Shown one piece after another: positions 25,021 to 37,181 of a stretch of 64,000 nt of DNA (position 1 is the stretch's first letter; every line of letters starts with the position of its first letter). The notes below the pieces were generated by a model that was not told where the DNA came from, made no database searches, and saw only the letters and a list, made by a program, of their open reading frames with translations. The stretch lies in contig NC_068989.1 of NCBI RefSeq assembly GCF_001194135.2, positions 4,223,892 to 4,287,891 of the forward strand, written 5' to 3'. The translations under genes and the position numbers were made by a program. This DNA comes from Octopus bimaculoides (taxonomy: Eukaryota).

Positions 25021-25067
<47 letters not shown>

Positions 25068-25085
25068 TATCATTATTATTACATA

Positions 25086-25279
25086 AGGCGGCGAGCTGGC
25101 AGAACCGTTAGCACGATGGACGAAATGCCTTTGCGAGTTCAAATTCCGACGAGGTCGACTCTGCCTATCATCCTTTCGGGGATCGATAAATTAAGCACCA
25201 GCGAAACTCTGGTGTCGACGAAATCAATTAGTCCCCTCCCAACAAATTTGAGGCCTTGTGCCTCCAGTAGAAAGGATCA

Positions 25280-25346
<67 letters not shown>

Positions 25347-25576
25347 AGGCGGCGATTCTGGCAGAATCGTTAGCACGCCGGGCGAAATTCTTAGCTGTAT
25401 TTGGTCTGTCTTTACGTTCTGACTTCAAATTCCGCCGAGGTCGACTTTGCCTTTCATGCTTTCAAGGTCGATAAATTAAGTACCAGTTGCGTACTGGGGT
25501 CGATCTAATGAAGTGGCTTCTTCCCCCAAAATTTCAGACCTTGTGCCTATAACAGAAAGGATTATTATTATTGTTA

Positions 25577-25626
<50 letters not shown>

Positions 25627-25690
25627 GTTATTATTGTTGTTGTTGTTGTTGTTTTTGTTGTTCTTGTTGTTGTTATTATTATTGCTATTG
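25086..25690 (+). mobile_element. Two family A SINEs head-to-tail, each followed by (ATT)n
   Basis: GGCGGCGAGCTGGCAGAACCGTTAGC at 25087; tail GGCCTTGTGCCTCCAGTAGAAAGGAT; (ATT)n at 25282-25345; second copy 25347-25560; then an (ATT/GTT)n field. Confidence 0.92.
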
Positions 25691-26458
25691 AGGTTAAAGT
25701 TTTTTTTTTTAATATTGATTATCAATAAATCACTATTAATATTACTACAACTAGTACGGGTAGTATTACTGCTTCTACTACTACTACTACTACTGCTCAT
25801 ATTTCTAATGTTATCTCATTTACTACTACTAATAGTTTTGCAATTTTTCACGTATCTGCTTTATAGGAAGTCCATTCCCGTGAGCCACAGGTGCATAAAG
25901 TTTGCTCCTTTCTTGTGTGTGCGGCTTGCTTTGATGTCGTTTATAGAGTTATTTCCTTATTATTTCAGTTGCGCTTTTTAATGGTATTTTTTGTGTAATA
26001 CGTGAATTTTGTTTGTCATTCTAGTTATATTTTGTGGTAGTGGTTAAACTTAACATATTGTGATTTTGTGTGTTTGCCATATTTTTTTACAAAAATACAC
26101 ACTCATATACATATTATCAACTGGGATATTTTTTACTGTTGTATATCTTTCTCTTACATCCATACCATAACATAAATACTAACCCTAAGAACAAAGAAAC
26201 GGACACAGAGACAAGACTGCAACTGACCTCCGGTATGGAGGTAATGACATTTACAAGGTCGCGAACAGCGACAGAATGGATTCACAAAAATAACTAATTG
26301 ATTCTTTAATGAATGACTAATGAAACAATGAAATAGTTAATTGTTTAAACAGTTAACCAATTGACGGATAATAAAGAAGAGAAACAGAACCAGAGCGTGT
26401 CTTTATCATTGGTACAATCAACTTCTCGAGACAACAGAATCTCCACGCTCTAGATGTT

Positions 26459-26511
<53 letters not shown>

Positions 26512-27569
26512 TATATACATATATATGCATACATACATATATATATTATTTGAAATATATATTCTATATATTCATATTGGTGAAATCCCAAATTTGTAAT
26601 AATATATGCATAGATATATGCATATATATATGTATGTATATATATACATATATATATAGACATATATAAGAGAGATAATATGATGTCATTAATGCACCCT
26701 TAGTCTAGTTTATCGCCACTCCTCACCCTAGGGGATGTAGCTTTGATGATTTTCCAGTACACGGAGTTGTAATTCCGCATTACTACAGTTTACAGATGGA
26801 TTTGTTGAGAAGAGTAGAGTCTCTAGTACAAAAGGAATGTGCGTGCTGTGTGTATCTACTTTTAAAACTATATTCGTTTCGCCGTAAGCCAATGCAGTGT
26901 AATTCTTCTTGACAACACCTGCGGTTGTTTTCTTTGATCTGCACATAGAAACCTTTGAGATGCACTTCACCTTAAGTTGACGGAAAATCATAGCATAGCA
27001 TCAGTATGAAAGTTGCTTTTATTTGTTTGTGTGTGTGGTGGGGGCGTGTATTTGATTTTGATTATTACATTTTCCTGTTTTTTCGTATGGTTGCATTTCA
27101 CATCCTCTCTGTTGTTAAACCGCCCTGCACGCATCAACAATGGAAGCCTGAGTACCATCGACGACACATTTCTAACAGTACTTCTTCTATTCAAGTAACA
27201 GTATTACAATCTCTTAGAGCATAATCCTTCCCATACTTCCTCCATTGACAAACAACCATTTCCACGTTGTTATCTTCTGATCATAGGCGACTAAATAAAA
27301 TTTATCAATTCGATGCTTCGTAATTTTCTTTCATAGACCGACAGAAATTATCAAATGTGTCTAGGCACACTGAGTAGGGACACAGTGAATCTCAGATTTG
27401 GACGAATGAAATCTGCCATTTATTAATTGGTTAATGAATCTCTAATTTGCATATGCAAAAGTTTCAATATGATTTAAAATTCCTGGCTTTAAGGGGATCC
27501 TAGGATGCTTAAAAGGTATCATGGGATGCTTAAAAATTCCAGGCTTTAAGGGTATCACAAAAGGCGTGT

Positions 27570-27701
27570 ATGGAGGCTCAATTTTCAGAATTCTTTTACA
27601 GATACAAGTGTGTGAATCTGAGAGGTGAATATGTTGAATAAAATCATAATTAATTAATCCTCCTGTATTTTCTTTTATCCAAAGTCAGGAACTTTTCAGC
27701 A
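27570..27701 (+). mobile_element. mariner-type transposon 3' end fragment
   Basis: In-frame MEAQFSEFFYRYKCVNLRGEYVE* (27570-27641) resembles the mariner transposase C-terminus (WF.AQ..EFF....RW.KC..L.GEYVE*) with an internal deletion. It is followed by a TIR-like CCAAAGTCAGGAACTTTTCAGCAC. Confidence 0.65.
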
Positions 27702-27732
27702 CACACAAATTCAAAATAATTATTTATATATA

Positions 27733-27796
<64 letters not shown>

Positions 27797-29642
27797 NNNN
27801 NNNNNNNNNNNNNNNNNNNNNNNNNNNNNNNNNNNNNNNNNNNNNNNNNNNNNNNNNNNNNNNNNNNNNNNNNNNNNNNNNNNNNNNNNNNNNNNNNNNN
27901 NNNNNNNNNNNNNNNNNNNNNNNNNNNNNNNNNNNNNNNNNNNNNNNNNNNNNNNNNNNNNNNNNNNNNNNNNNNNNNNNNNNNNNNNNNNNNNNNNNNN
28001 NNNNNNNNNNNNNNNNNNNNNNNNNNNNNNNNNNNNNNNNNNNNNNNNNNNNNNNNNNNNNNNNNNNNNNNNNNNNNNNNNNNNNNNNNNNNNNNNNNNN
28101 NNNNNNNNNNNNNNNNNNNNNNNNNNNNNNNNNNNNNNNNNNNNNNNNNNNNNNNNNNNNNNNNNNNNNNNNNNNNNNNNNNNNNNNNNNNNNNNNNNNN
28201 NNNNNNNNNNNNNNNNNNNNNNNNNNNNNNNNNNNNNNNNNNNNNNNNNNNNNNNNNNNNNNNNNNNNNNNNNNNNNNNNNNNNNNNNNNNNNNNNNNNN
28301 NNNNNNNNNNNNNNNNNNNNNNNNNNNNNNNNNNNNNNNNNNNNNNNNNNNNNNNNNNNNNNNNNNNNNNNNNNNNNNNNNNNNNNNNNNNNNNNNNNNN
28401 NNNNNNNNNNNNNNNNNNNNNNNNNNTATATATATATGTATGTATGTATCGATATATATGTATGTATATTGTACTTTCTCTATTGAGGCTTTCGAAGCTT
28501 TGGACATTAAGACATTCTTTTACAGTAATGTAAATAAATAAAGAACGCTTTTATTCTCATTCTAACGTTTAAGAATGGTTCCGCCTTTCTCGCTATGAAA
28601 GTATAAGAAGTATTTGTCTGCAAAGCGTGAAAGCATTTGTCATATGAAAACATGGGAACACTGTCTCATAGTTGTCATGTTTCAGAACTATTTCGGAGTA
28701 ATTCATTGTTACATGTAGCAATGTACTATTTACAGAAAGCAGAACAGAGAGCAAAATAATGGCATAATCGGGGGAAATGGTTGAAAATAAGAGTGAAAAT
28801 GTATTACATTAAGTGAGAGTGAAACAGACAGACAGACAGAGAGTCAGAACAGGAAGGGGAAGGGCGAGAGGAAGGAGAGAGAGAAGAGAAGGAAGTCATA
28901 TGGAAACATGACAGAAAGCTAACGTGAAAAGAGATCCATGTACCTTCGGTGAGAATTGGAGTAGGAGTGTCAGATGATCGAGAAAAGGAGAGAAAGGGGA
29001 TATATAAAAGGCAGATAACTGGAAGTAAAGAATATATATATATATATACATATACATAGATATAGACACACACATATACATATATGCTAGTAAGTGAAAA
29101 ACGTTTTTTTTTTCTTTCATAATTCACATAGTTTCCATGTTCGGTTTTCAAGTTACGTTTAGAAGTCTTTCAAAATTTTGATCTCTATTGACATCGAAGT
29201 TTTTACTATGTGCATGTATGTGCGTGCGTGCGTTCATGCATGTGCTTGTGTGTACGTGTGTGTGCATGTGCATGTATGCGTCTATACGGAGAGAGAGAGA
29301 GGGGGGGAGAGAGGGAGAGAGAGGTAGGAAGAAAAGAGTGGAGAATTAAAATAGTTAATGAGAAAATAGGATAATGGAAAAGAGATTGACTTTTTCGAAT
29401 TGCAATTTTCTCTTCCACCATTACTTAATTGTTGCACTGCAAATTATGTCATCAATTGCTTTTATTATTATTATTATTGTTATTTAATCTAAGCCCAGCT
29501 GATTAGAATGTTAAAACAATTAGAAATATCGTGCTCCAAGTAACCTCAGTTGCCAAGAATCTTCTTAAGTATCCTAGCTGTCCCTAAAATACTGTTTTCT
29601 GGACCTGAATTAAACAAGGTTTTATGCCTGTTTCCTCTATCC

Positions 29643-29651
29643 ATCTTATTA

Positions 29652-29724
<73 letters not shown>

Positions 29725-29750
29725 CATCATCATTATTATTATTATTAGCA
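29643..29750. repeat. (ATT)n microsatellite
   Basis: Long ATT run. Confidence 0.97.
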
Positions 29751-30009
29751 TCTTCTTTCAGTTCTGTTTCCATTTCTTGCCGAGTGTCGTCCTGACACCT
29801 AGGGCAGAGAAACGTACTGTATACATTGGTAGGCCATTAAAACAAGCCCACCAGATTGTCCATTTACAGAGTCATGTGACAGAGAAAAAAGGGAAGACGG
29901 AGAGAAAGAGGAAAGAATGAAAGAAAAGAAAAGTAAACAAATAAGATAAAAATGGGAAAAAGGAACGAAAATTTACAACGATTAATACGTGTGACTATTA
30001 TTAATATTT

Positions 30010-30215
30010 TTATGCGAGCTGGCAAAGTCGTGGGAGAATTAGAGAAAATGCTTATGGATACTTCTTCCGGCAACATTACATTCGAAATTTAAATCCCGCC
30101 TTTCAGAGTTCAAATCGTGCTTTGTTTCTTTTTGGGTCTCTAAAATAAAGTAACTCCTCAAATACTGTGGTCATTGCTGTCGACAATGCCCTTTCCCTAA
30201 CACTACTGGCCCTGT
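30010..30215 (+). mobile_element. Degraded family A SINE
   Basis: GCGAGCTGGCAAAGTCG head, GAGTTCAAATCG, GGGTCTCTAAAATAAAGTA and CTGGCCCTGTG tail. Confidence 0.55.
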
Positions 30216-30463
30216 GAAAATGTCGCTGATTGCTACACGGACAGCAAATCTTTGACCTATCAGTTCTTTAGAGTAAGTGATACGATAATAGCTTAGAGTA
30301 ATCCGTACGATTCCTCCGCTGGACTGTCAAAGCGTTGTCGTCATCATCCTTGTTATATGCGCAAATCCTGAGTTCACGTGAAGCCATGGGGAAAATCACT
30401 TGCCATGGTTGAATCGAAGTGGATCGAATATCGTTATATGAATCACAGATCTTAAATGGTGAT

Positions 30464-30520
<57 letters not shown>

Positions 30521-30619
30521 TGTATATAGATCACATGATCATGTTGTTATACATCACGGATGACAATACAGTTTCCGTCGTTTTAACTTTCGAATGACGC
30601 CTGTCCGCTTGTCAGTTGC

Positions 30620-30758
30620 AGTATTCCCCATTCACACCTGAGTTGACTGTAGCAGAGTCAAATAAAATATTTTGTTTCAGAACACAACGCACCACTCACT
30701 TTGGGAGTCGAACTCACGACCTAGAGAACGTGAGTGCAGCACTCTTACCACTAAGCTA
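30620..30758 (-). mobile_element. SINE family C head
   Basis: CAGAACACAACGC ... GGAGTCGAACTCACGACCT ... CTCTTACCACTAAGCTAC is the reverse complement of the tRNA-like head. Confidence 0.65.
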
Positions 30759-30923
30759 CCCACCTTCCCATATATATATATACCAAGAGAGAGAGAGAGA
30801 GAGGAAAGAGACAAAGAATTGTCATTTTGCCATGTAGAGAAAAAAGTGGGTGGTAAAGAATCAGTATTAAGTGTTTTGCTTATGTGTGTGTGGGTGTGTG
30901 TGTGTGTATGTGTGTGTGTGTGT

Positions 30924-30965
<42 letters not shown>

Positions 30966-31515
30966 AAGAGAGAGGATTAGAAAACAAGAAGCAGAGAGAG
31001 ACAGACACACAGACACACAGAAACAGAGGGAAAAGAAGACACAAAGGAAGCGAGAGAAATTGAAAAACTACTGAATGAACGAGAGAGAGACGAGCTGTAG
31101 GAATGTGTTAATTGAAAATTACACACAGCGAGACAATGAATGTATTGATTGTCGACCGAGATGGCGACAACTAAATAGTATAGTGACAATGATCTGCACA
31201 CACACACACACATACATACACATAAAGCCACACCCGCATGCAGATACAATCAAATATGCACACAGGTAAACATTCATTCACACAGATGTACATACACACA
31301 CGTGCATACATATACACAAATGAAGCAGTAAACAAAGTACTAAATAAACAAACATGCAGCAAAAATATTGTAATTCACAGAAATATCAATGACAACTATG
31401 CGCGCCTTTACAGATGGGTGTATATGAGTGTATATGAGTGTATATGAGTGCGCACACACATATCACTATTTGCTATACTTATAGTACATATGTGCATGTG
31501 TATGAATGTGTGTGT

Positions 31516-31557
<42 letters not shown>

Positions 31558-31714
31558 TATGTATGTATATAGAGAGCAAGAAAACTACGTATTAAATTCA
31601 CACACCGCCCCTTCTATTCAATTCACATAATGCTCCTGCGATTGACGATAATGCTCTGTTTTTCGGTTGCAGTTTAGCACATAGAGACTGAATGAATATA
31701 TACATATATATGCA

Positions 31715-31766
<52 letters not shown>

Positions 31767-32964
31767 ATATATATACATACATATAGGCATATCATGTATA
31801 TAGAGATATCTGTTCATATATATATATATATATATATATANNNNNNNNNNNNNNNNNNNNNNNNNNNNNNNNNNNNNNNNNNNNNNNNNNNNNNNNNNNN
31901 NNNNNNNNNNNNNNNNNNNNNNNNNNNNNNNNNNNNNNNNNNNNNNNNNNNNNNNNNNNNNNNNNNNNNNNNNNNNNNNNNNNNNNNNNNNNNNNNNNNN
32001 NNNNNNNNNNNNNNNNNNNNNNNNNNNNNNNNNNNNNNNNNNNNNNNNNNNNNNNNNNNNNNNNNNNNNNNNNNNNNNNNNNNNNNNNNNNNNNNNNNNN
32101 NNNNNNNNNNNNNNNNNNNNNNNNNNNNNNNNNNNNNNNNNNNNNNNNNNNNNNNNNNNNNNNNNNNNNNNNNNNNNNNNNNNNNNNNNNNNNNNNNNNN
32201 NNNNNNNNNNNNNNNNNNNNNNNNNNNNNNNNNNNNNNNNNNNNNNNNNNNNNNNNNNNNNNNNNNNNNNNNNNNNNNNNNNNNNNNNNNNNNNNNNNNN
32301 NNNNNNNNNNNNNNNNNNNNNNNNNNNNNNNNNNNNNNNNNNNNNNNNNNNNNNNNNNNNNNNNNNNNNNNNNNNNNNNNNNNNNNNNNNNNNNNNNNNN
32401 NNNNNNNNNNNNNNNNNNNNNNNNNNNNNNNNNNNNNNNNNNNNNNNNNNNNNNNNNNNNNNNNNNNNNNNNNNNNNNNNNNNNNNNNNNNNNNNNNNNN
32501 NNNNNNNNNNNNNNNNNNNNNNNNNNNNNNNNNNNNNNNNNNNNNNNNNNNNNNNNCGAGAACATTTTTAAATAAGATCTTCCATTTGCGTTACATTTAA
32601 TTACATTCCTTTCTTATATTCTTTCGTATTTACATTTCCTTTCTTTTCCGAATAGACCCCCACCCCACCCCACCCCCAGCCATCCGCTGAAGATGAGGGA
32701 GACGTTGACGTTAGAGGGGGAAAAAACTCTAGCAATTAGATGTATGTGCACTCGTAGGTGCACTCGTAACGTGTGTTCATACAGACATATATGAGTGTGA
32801 GTGTGAGTGTGCGTCCGTGTGTGTGTGTGTGTCTGAATGATATATACACACATACACACACACATACACGCACTCGCAGGCAAAACTAAAACAACTAGTT
32901 TTTAGTCCCGCTTCGTGGCACCTTGCTCAAGTGCCTACCGATATATTTTTGCGTCCATCAATCC

Positions 32965-33250
32965 CTTGTATTCGGTTCGCTATTGTGAGGTCATGCGTTC
33001 GATTCCCAGCGGTGCACTGGTTACTGGAGCAAAATGCTTTATTTAACGTTGTTTTATTCCATTCAACCGGCCAAAATGGGATGTACGTGTAACTGAAAGG
33101 GCCAGTCGTGTCACACTCTGTGTCGCACTGAATCCCCTTGAGAACGACGTTAAGTGAATGGCAATTTGTGGGGTTACAAGTTAATTTCATGAGTAGGCTG
33201 TTCCGTTAATCGGACTGACTGCAACCCACGTCGTCGAAACTGACAGAGTA
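32965..33250 (+). mobile_element. Near full-length family C SINE
   Basis: GCGTTCGATTCCCAGC B box, then GGGCCAGTCGTGTCACACTCTGTGTCGCACTGAATC ... GTTAATTTCATGAGTAGGCTGTTCCGTTAATCGG ... CGTCGTCGAAACTGACAGAG. Confidence 0.8.
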
Positions 33251-33910
33251 TCAATAGTATTTGTGTACGGGTGGGTGGGTGTGTGTGTGTGTATGTGTGT
33301 ATGTGTGTGTGTGAATGTATGCGTGCGTGTGTGAGTATGCGTGTGTGTGTGTGTGTGCTTATTTTTCCAGTCAATTTTCTTTCGAAATGGATATAATCAT
33401 TGAGTTGATGACTGATTACGTTTCCGTATTCGTTCTATAACTTATGAGTCAATTGTCTGACGAATGATATTGTATAAATGTGTCTCTAACAGATTACATC
33501 TTCGATTTCGTTCCGTAGTTTATCAACTCAGTTGTCGTAGGAATAATAAAAATATTCGTATAAGAGCTTATGTGATTTCCTTCAATAGTTAAGATAATGT
33601 TTGTTTAACGCATGACATACATAGAACGCAAAGGGAAAATCTTACAAATACTTTTAGTTTCAAGGCCGTATCTTGCTTGTTTAAGCATTATACAGAAACA
33701 AACTGCATTAATATAAAGCCAGTCATGCAGACGTCGTTCACTGAAGAGGATAGCCATTCCTCCTGTCAAATAATCATTAAAAAGACTGTATTGGGAAAAT
33801 CAATTGAAATACAAAAGCACTGCATCAGTTTCACTTGAAAGAGAAATTCTGTAAGGAAGTTTTCAATATTATTGGATGTTCTTAAAAATCAAAGTTAACT
33901 AATAATAACA

Positions 33911-34080
33911 ATCGTTTGCACTATAGGCACAAAGCCTGAAATTTGAGGAAGGGAGGAATAATCGATTACATCGACCACAGCGCGTAACTGGTACTTAATT
34001 TTATCGACCCCAAAACGATGAAAGGCAAAGGCGAATCCGGCGGAGTTCGAACTCAGAAAGTAGCGGCAGATAAAATACCT
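33911..34080 (-). mobile_element. Family A SINE, tail type 2, head truncated
   Basis: ATAGGCACAAAGCCTGAAATTTG tail, ATCGACCCCAAAACGATGAAAGGCAAAG core; it breaks at GATAAAATACCT where the next copy begins. Confidence 0.85.
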
Positions 34081-34310
34081 ATTTCGTTATTGCCCACAAG
34101 GGGCTAAACATAGAGGGAACAAACAAGAACAGACGAACGGATTAAGTCGATTACATCGACCCTAGTGCGTAACTGGTACTTAATTTATCGACCCCGAAAG
34201 GATGAAAGGCAAAGTCGACCTCGGGGAATTTGAACTCAGAACGTAACGGCAGACGAAATACCGCTAAGCATTTCGCCCGGCGTGCTAACGATTCTGCCAG
34301 TTCGCCGCCT
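34081..34310 (-). mobile_element. Full-length, young family A SINE, tail type 1
   Basis: Reverse complement reads GGCGGCGAACTGGCAGAATCGTTAGCACGCCGGGCGAAATGCTTAGCGG ... GAGTTCAAATTCC ... GCCCCTTGTGGGCAATAACGAAAT, with A box TGGCAGAATCG and B box GTTCAAATTCC. Confidence 0.93.
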
Positions 34311-34429
34311 TATTCCCCCTTCCTCAAGTTTCAGACGATGGGGGTGGGGGTTGATTAGGCGGAACAGATTGCTCAGACGGTGATAAAAATGAGGATGGTG
34401 GTGAAAGTGATGCTGTATAAAGCTTATGA

Positions 34430-34880
34430 TTCAACTAACGAAGATTATGATGAGGAGGACGCTGATGGTATACGATACGTTGGTCCTGATTACGAATGGG
34501 ATGCTGATGACTATAATGGCGATTATAACGACTATAATGGTATTATTGACCGTTATGATGATGACGGTGATGATGACGACGACGACGACGATGACGATGA
34601 TGGTGAGGAGGAGAAGGAGGAGGAGGTGGAAGAGGAAGAGGAGAATGTTAATCATGATGACTACGATGACGATGACGACGATGACGATGATGGATTCATG
34701 ATGGTAATCATGGGATTTTAGGATTATCAGCAAATTGATGATCAACTTGGCGATGATGATGACTTTCATTGGGATAAAACTGATCGCGACAGTTCTTATT
34801 GATAATGAGGAGAAAAAGGAGGAGGAAGAGGAGGAGGACGGCGGCGACGACGACGACGATAACGACGACTACTTCAGTGA
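34430..34880. repeat. Degenerate (GAT/GAC/GAG)n trinucleotide field
   Basis: Triplet periodicity gives an acidic pseudo-ORF (34380-34721) with no splice or domain support. Confidence 0.8.
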
Positions 34881-35204
34881 TTACAATGTTAAGGAAACGA
34901 CCAAAGATAATTAGAAGGAACACGCGAGTTATAAAGAAATGGGCCGAAGAAAAATTCCTAATGTTAGATATTGTTGCTATTTCTCTCATTTGGTTTGTTG
35001 CTCATATTGCAATTAGCAACGTTTTCCTCGCAGATGCAAGTGTTATTGTTGTCGTTCATGTTGTTGTTTCTGATGACGATGCTGCTTGTTTTGTTGGCTG
35101 TTCAAGTTTCGCTTTTTGCTCTTATTAGCGTTCCCTTTGCATAATGAATGCTATTGGAGTAGAAATAGTAAAATAGCAATAGTTATTAGAACAGTAGTAG
35201 TGGT

Positions 35205-35217
35205 AGTCGTGATAATG

Positions 35218-35275
<58 letters not shown>

Positions 35276-35411
35276 TAATAATAATAATAATTAAAATAAT
35301 GATGATGTTGATGATGATTATCATAATAATAACAATAATAATAGTTTCGTTATTAAATAATTATAATAATTACAATAAAATTGTTAATGTTNNNNNNNNN
35401 NNNNNNNNNNN

Positions 35412-35466
<55 letters not shown>

Positions 35467-35603
35467 TAATAATAATAATAATTAAAATAATGATGATGTT
35501 GATGATGATTATCATAATAATAACAATAATAATAGTTTCGTTATTAAATAATTATAATAATTACAATACAATTGTTAATGTTAGAAATCATCATCTTCTT
35601 CGC

Positions 35604-35642
<39 letters not shown>

Positions 35643-35780
35643 CATCATCCTCATCATTATCATTATTATTATTCTTATTATTATTGCCTTCATTTTAAAT
35701 ACCATTATTATAGTTAAGAATCATCATAATTATTTTTATTATCGCAATTTTTAATATTACAATAGTTATTGTTATTATTA

Positions 35781-35835
<55 letters not shown>

Positions 35836-35900
35836 CATTATTTCCTTCGTTTTAAATACCATCATTATAGTTAAAATCGTCATCGTCATCATCATCATGA
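35205..35900. repeat. Compound (ATA)n-(CAT)n-(ATT)n field with duplicated blocks
   Basis: Direct triplet runs; 191-bp-period duplication across the 20-N gap. Confidence 0.9.
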
Positions 35901-35989
35901 GCTCATGAACGTTATCAAAATCATTGGTTCTCTTTTATATTAATCCTTCTCGTTACTGTTGCGTAATCAATCTCTCATTTTTAACCCAT

Positions 35990-36039
<50 letters not shown>

Positions 36040-36687
36040 GTGCGGTACCTATGTATACATATACACATATGTACACATGCGCACACGCACACACACGTAT
36101 GTATGCGTGTGTGTATTAACCTGCCGATTATGTGTGTATATGTATGTATTTGCCTCTTAGCTTCGCACTAAATTTGTGCTTCCTTCTCATATTCAACAAA
36201 CGCATGCAGGGTAACAACGCAGGAGATCAGGTATATACTCATGCACTTGGGTACACCGGCACACTGGCGCACACGAAGAAAAATGCAATTCTCTATACTC
36301 AAGCGCAATCAAAACACGCACGCATTACAATAAATGCAAGAGGATTTCTAAAAGATATCCAAAGGATAATTAATATACATGGTTTCCGTTAAATTGAATT
36401 TAACAAAGTAAATAACAAAAAAAAACGTGTGTTTTGACATTTCTATTCGCACGAATAACATTCAATTATGAAGATGAAAAAGAGAAGAACCATTGGCTTA
36501 TAATTAAAGTCAAATCAGAGAAAAATTTAGAAAGAAAATAATAATTTGGGGAGGCTGGTTCAACAGAAACAGGAACATGAACAAAACTCAGCATAATTGT
36601 GTATTGATGCTTCTGGCACGTTGTTATATGAATAGATGCACCCTGGTGGCAAAATTGAACAATTTATTATTATTATTTATTAGGAGT

Positions 36688-36790
36688 AAAGGCGGCAAGC
36701 TAGCAGAATAGTTAGCAGCTCGGCCATAATGTTTAACGACATTTTTAAGAATTTGTTTTTGTTTCTGAGTTCAGAAAGCACCAGATGAAC
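36688..36790 (+). mobile_element. Family A SINE head, following (TTA)n
   Basis: AAGGCGGCAAGCTAGCAGAATAGTTAGCA ... TTCTGAGTTCAG. Confidence 0.7.
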
Positions 36791-36847
36791 ACCCGGGTTG
36801 CTGCAATTTTTTTTCCTCCATCTTCCTTTTCTATTGGACTTTTCTCT

Positions 36848-36882
36848 GTTTCTGAAGAAGAGTTTTGCTCGAACCGTAGAAC
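36848..36882 (+). ncRNA. Second minimal type-I hammerhead-like motif (canonical CUGAAGA core; GAAA mutated to GAAC)
   Basis: Stem I GTTT/GAAC; CTGAAGA; extra A; stem II GAGT-ttt-GCTC; GAAC; CGTA. Confidence 0.5.
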
Positions 36883-37137
36883 CACCTTTCTTTCCTTCGT
36901 AGATCGTCTGCTGATGCTTTATATGTTCCACGTCCTCGCGTTGTTTTCTTTTTTTCGCTTGTTCGTTTTTGAGGGATTTACTATATATATATATGTGTGT
37001 GTGTGTGTGTAGATCGATAGATACACACGCACATACATATGTGTATATGTATATATATNNNNNNNNNNNNNNNNNNNNNNNNNNNNNNNNNNNNNNNNNN
37101 NNNNNNNNNNNNNNNNNNNATATAATTTAATGTATAC

Positions 37138-37181
<44 letters not shown>

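Noticed and set aside
28475-28530. Possible third, degenerate hammerhead-like motif (CTATTGAGGC...GCT...ACATTAAGAC); similarly 22270-22300
   Set aside because: The core and GAAA are too degraded to distinguish from chance.
34230-34310. tRNA gene
   Set aside because: A and B boxes are present but no cloverleaf forms, and the sequence continues into a SINE core and tail, so it is a tRNA-derived SINE head.
34380-34721. Acidic ORF (DYDEEDADG...DDDD...EEEE)
   Set aside because: It lies in a degenerate GAT/GAC/GAG microsatellite field like others in the window, with no splice signals or domain.
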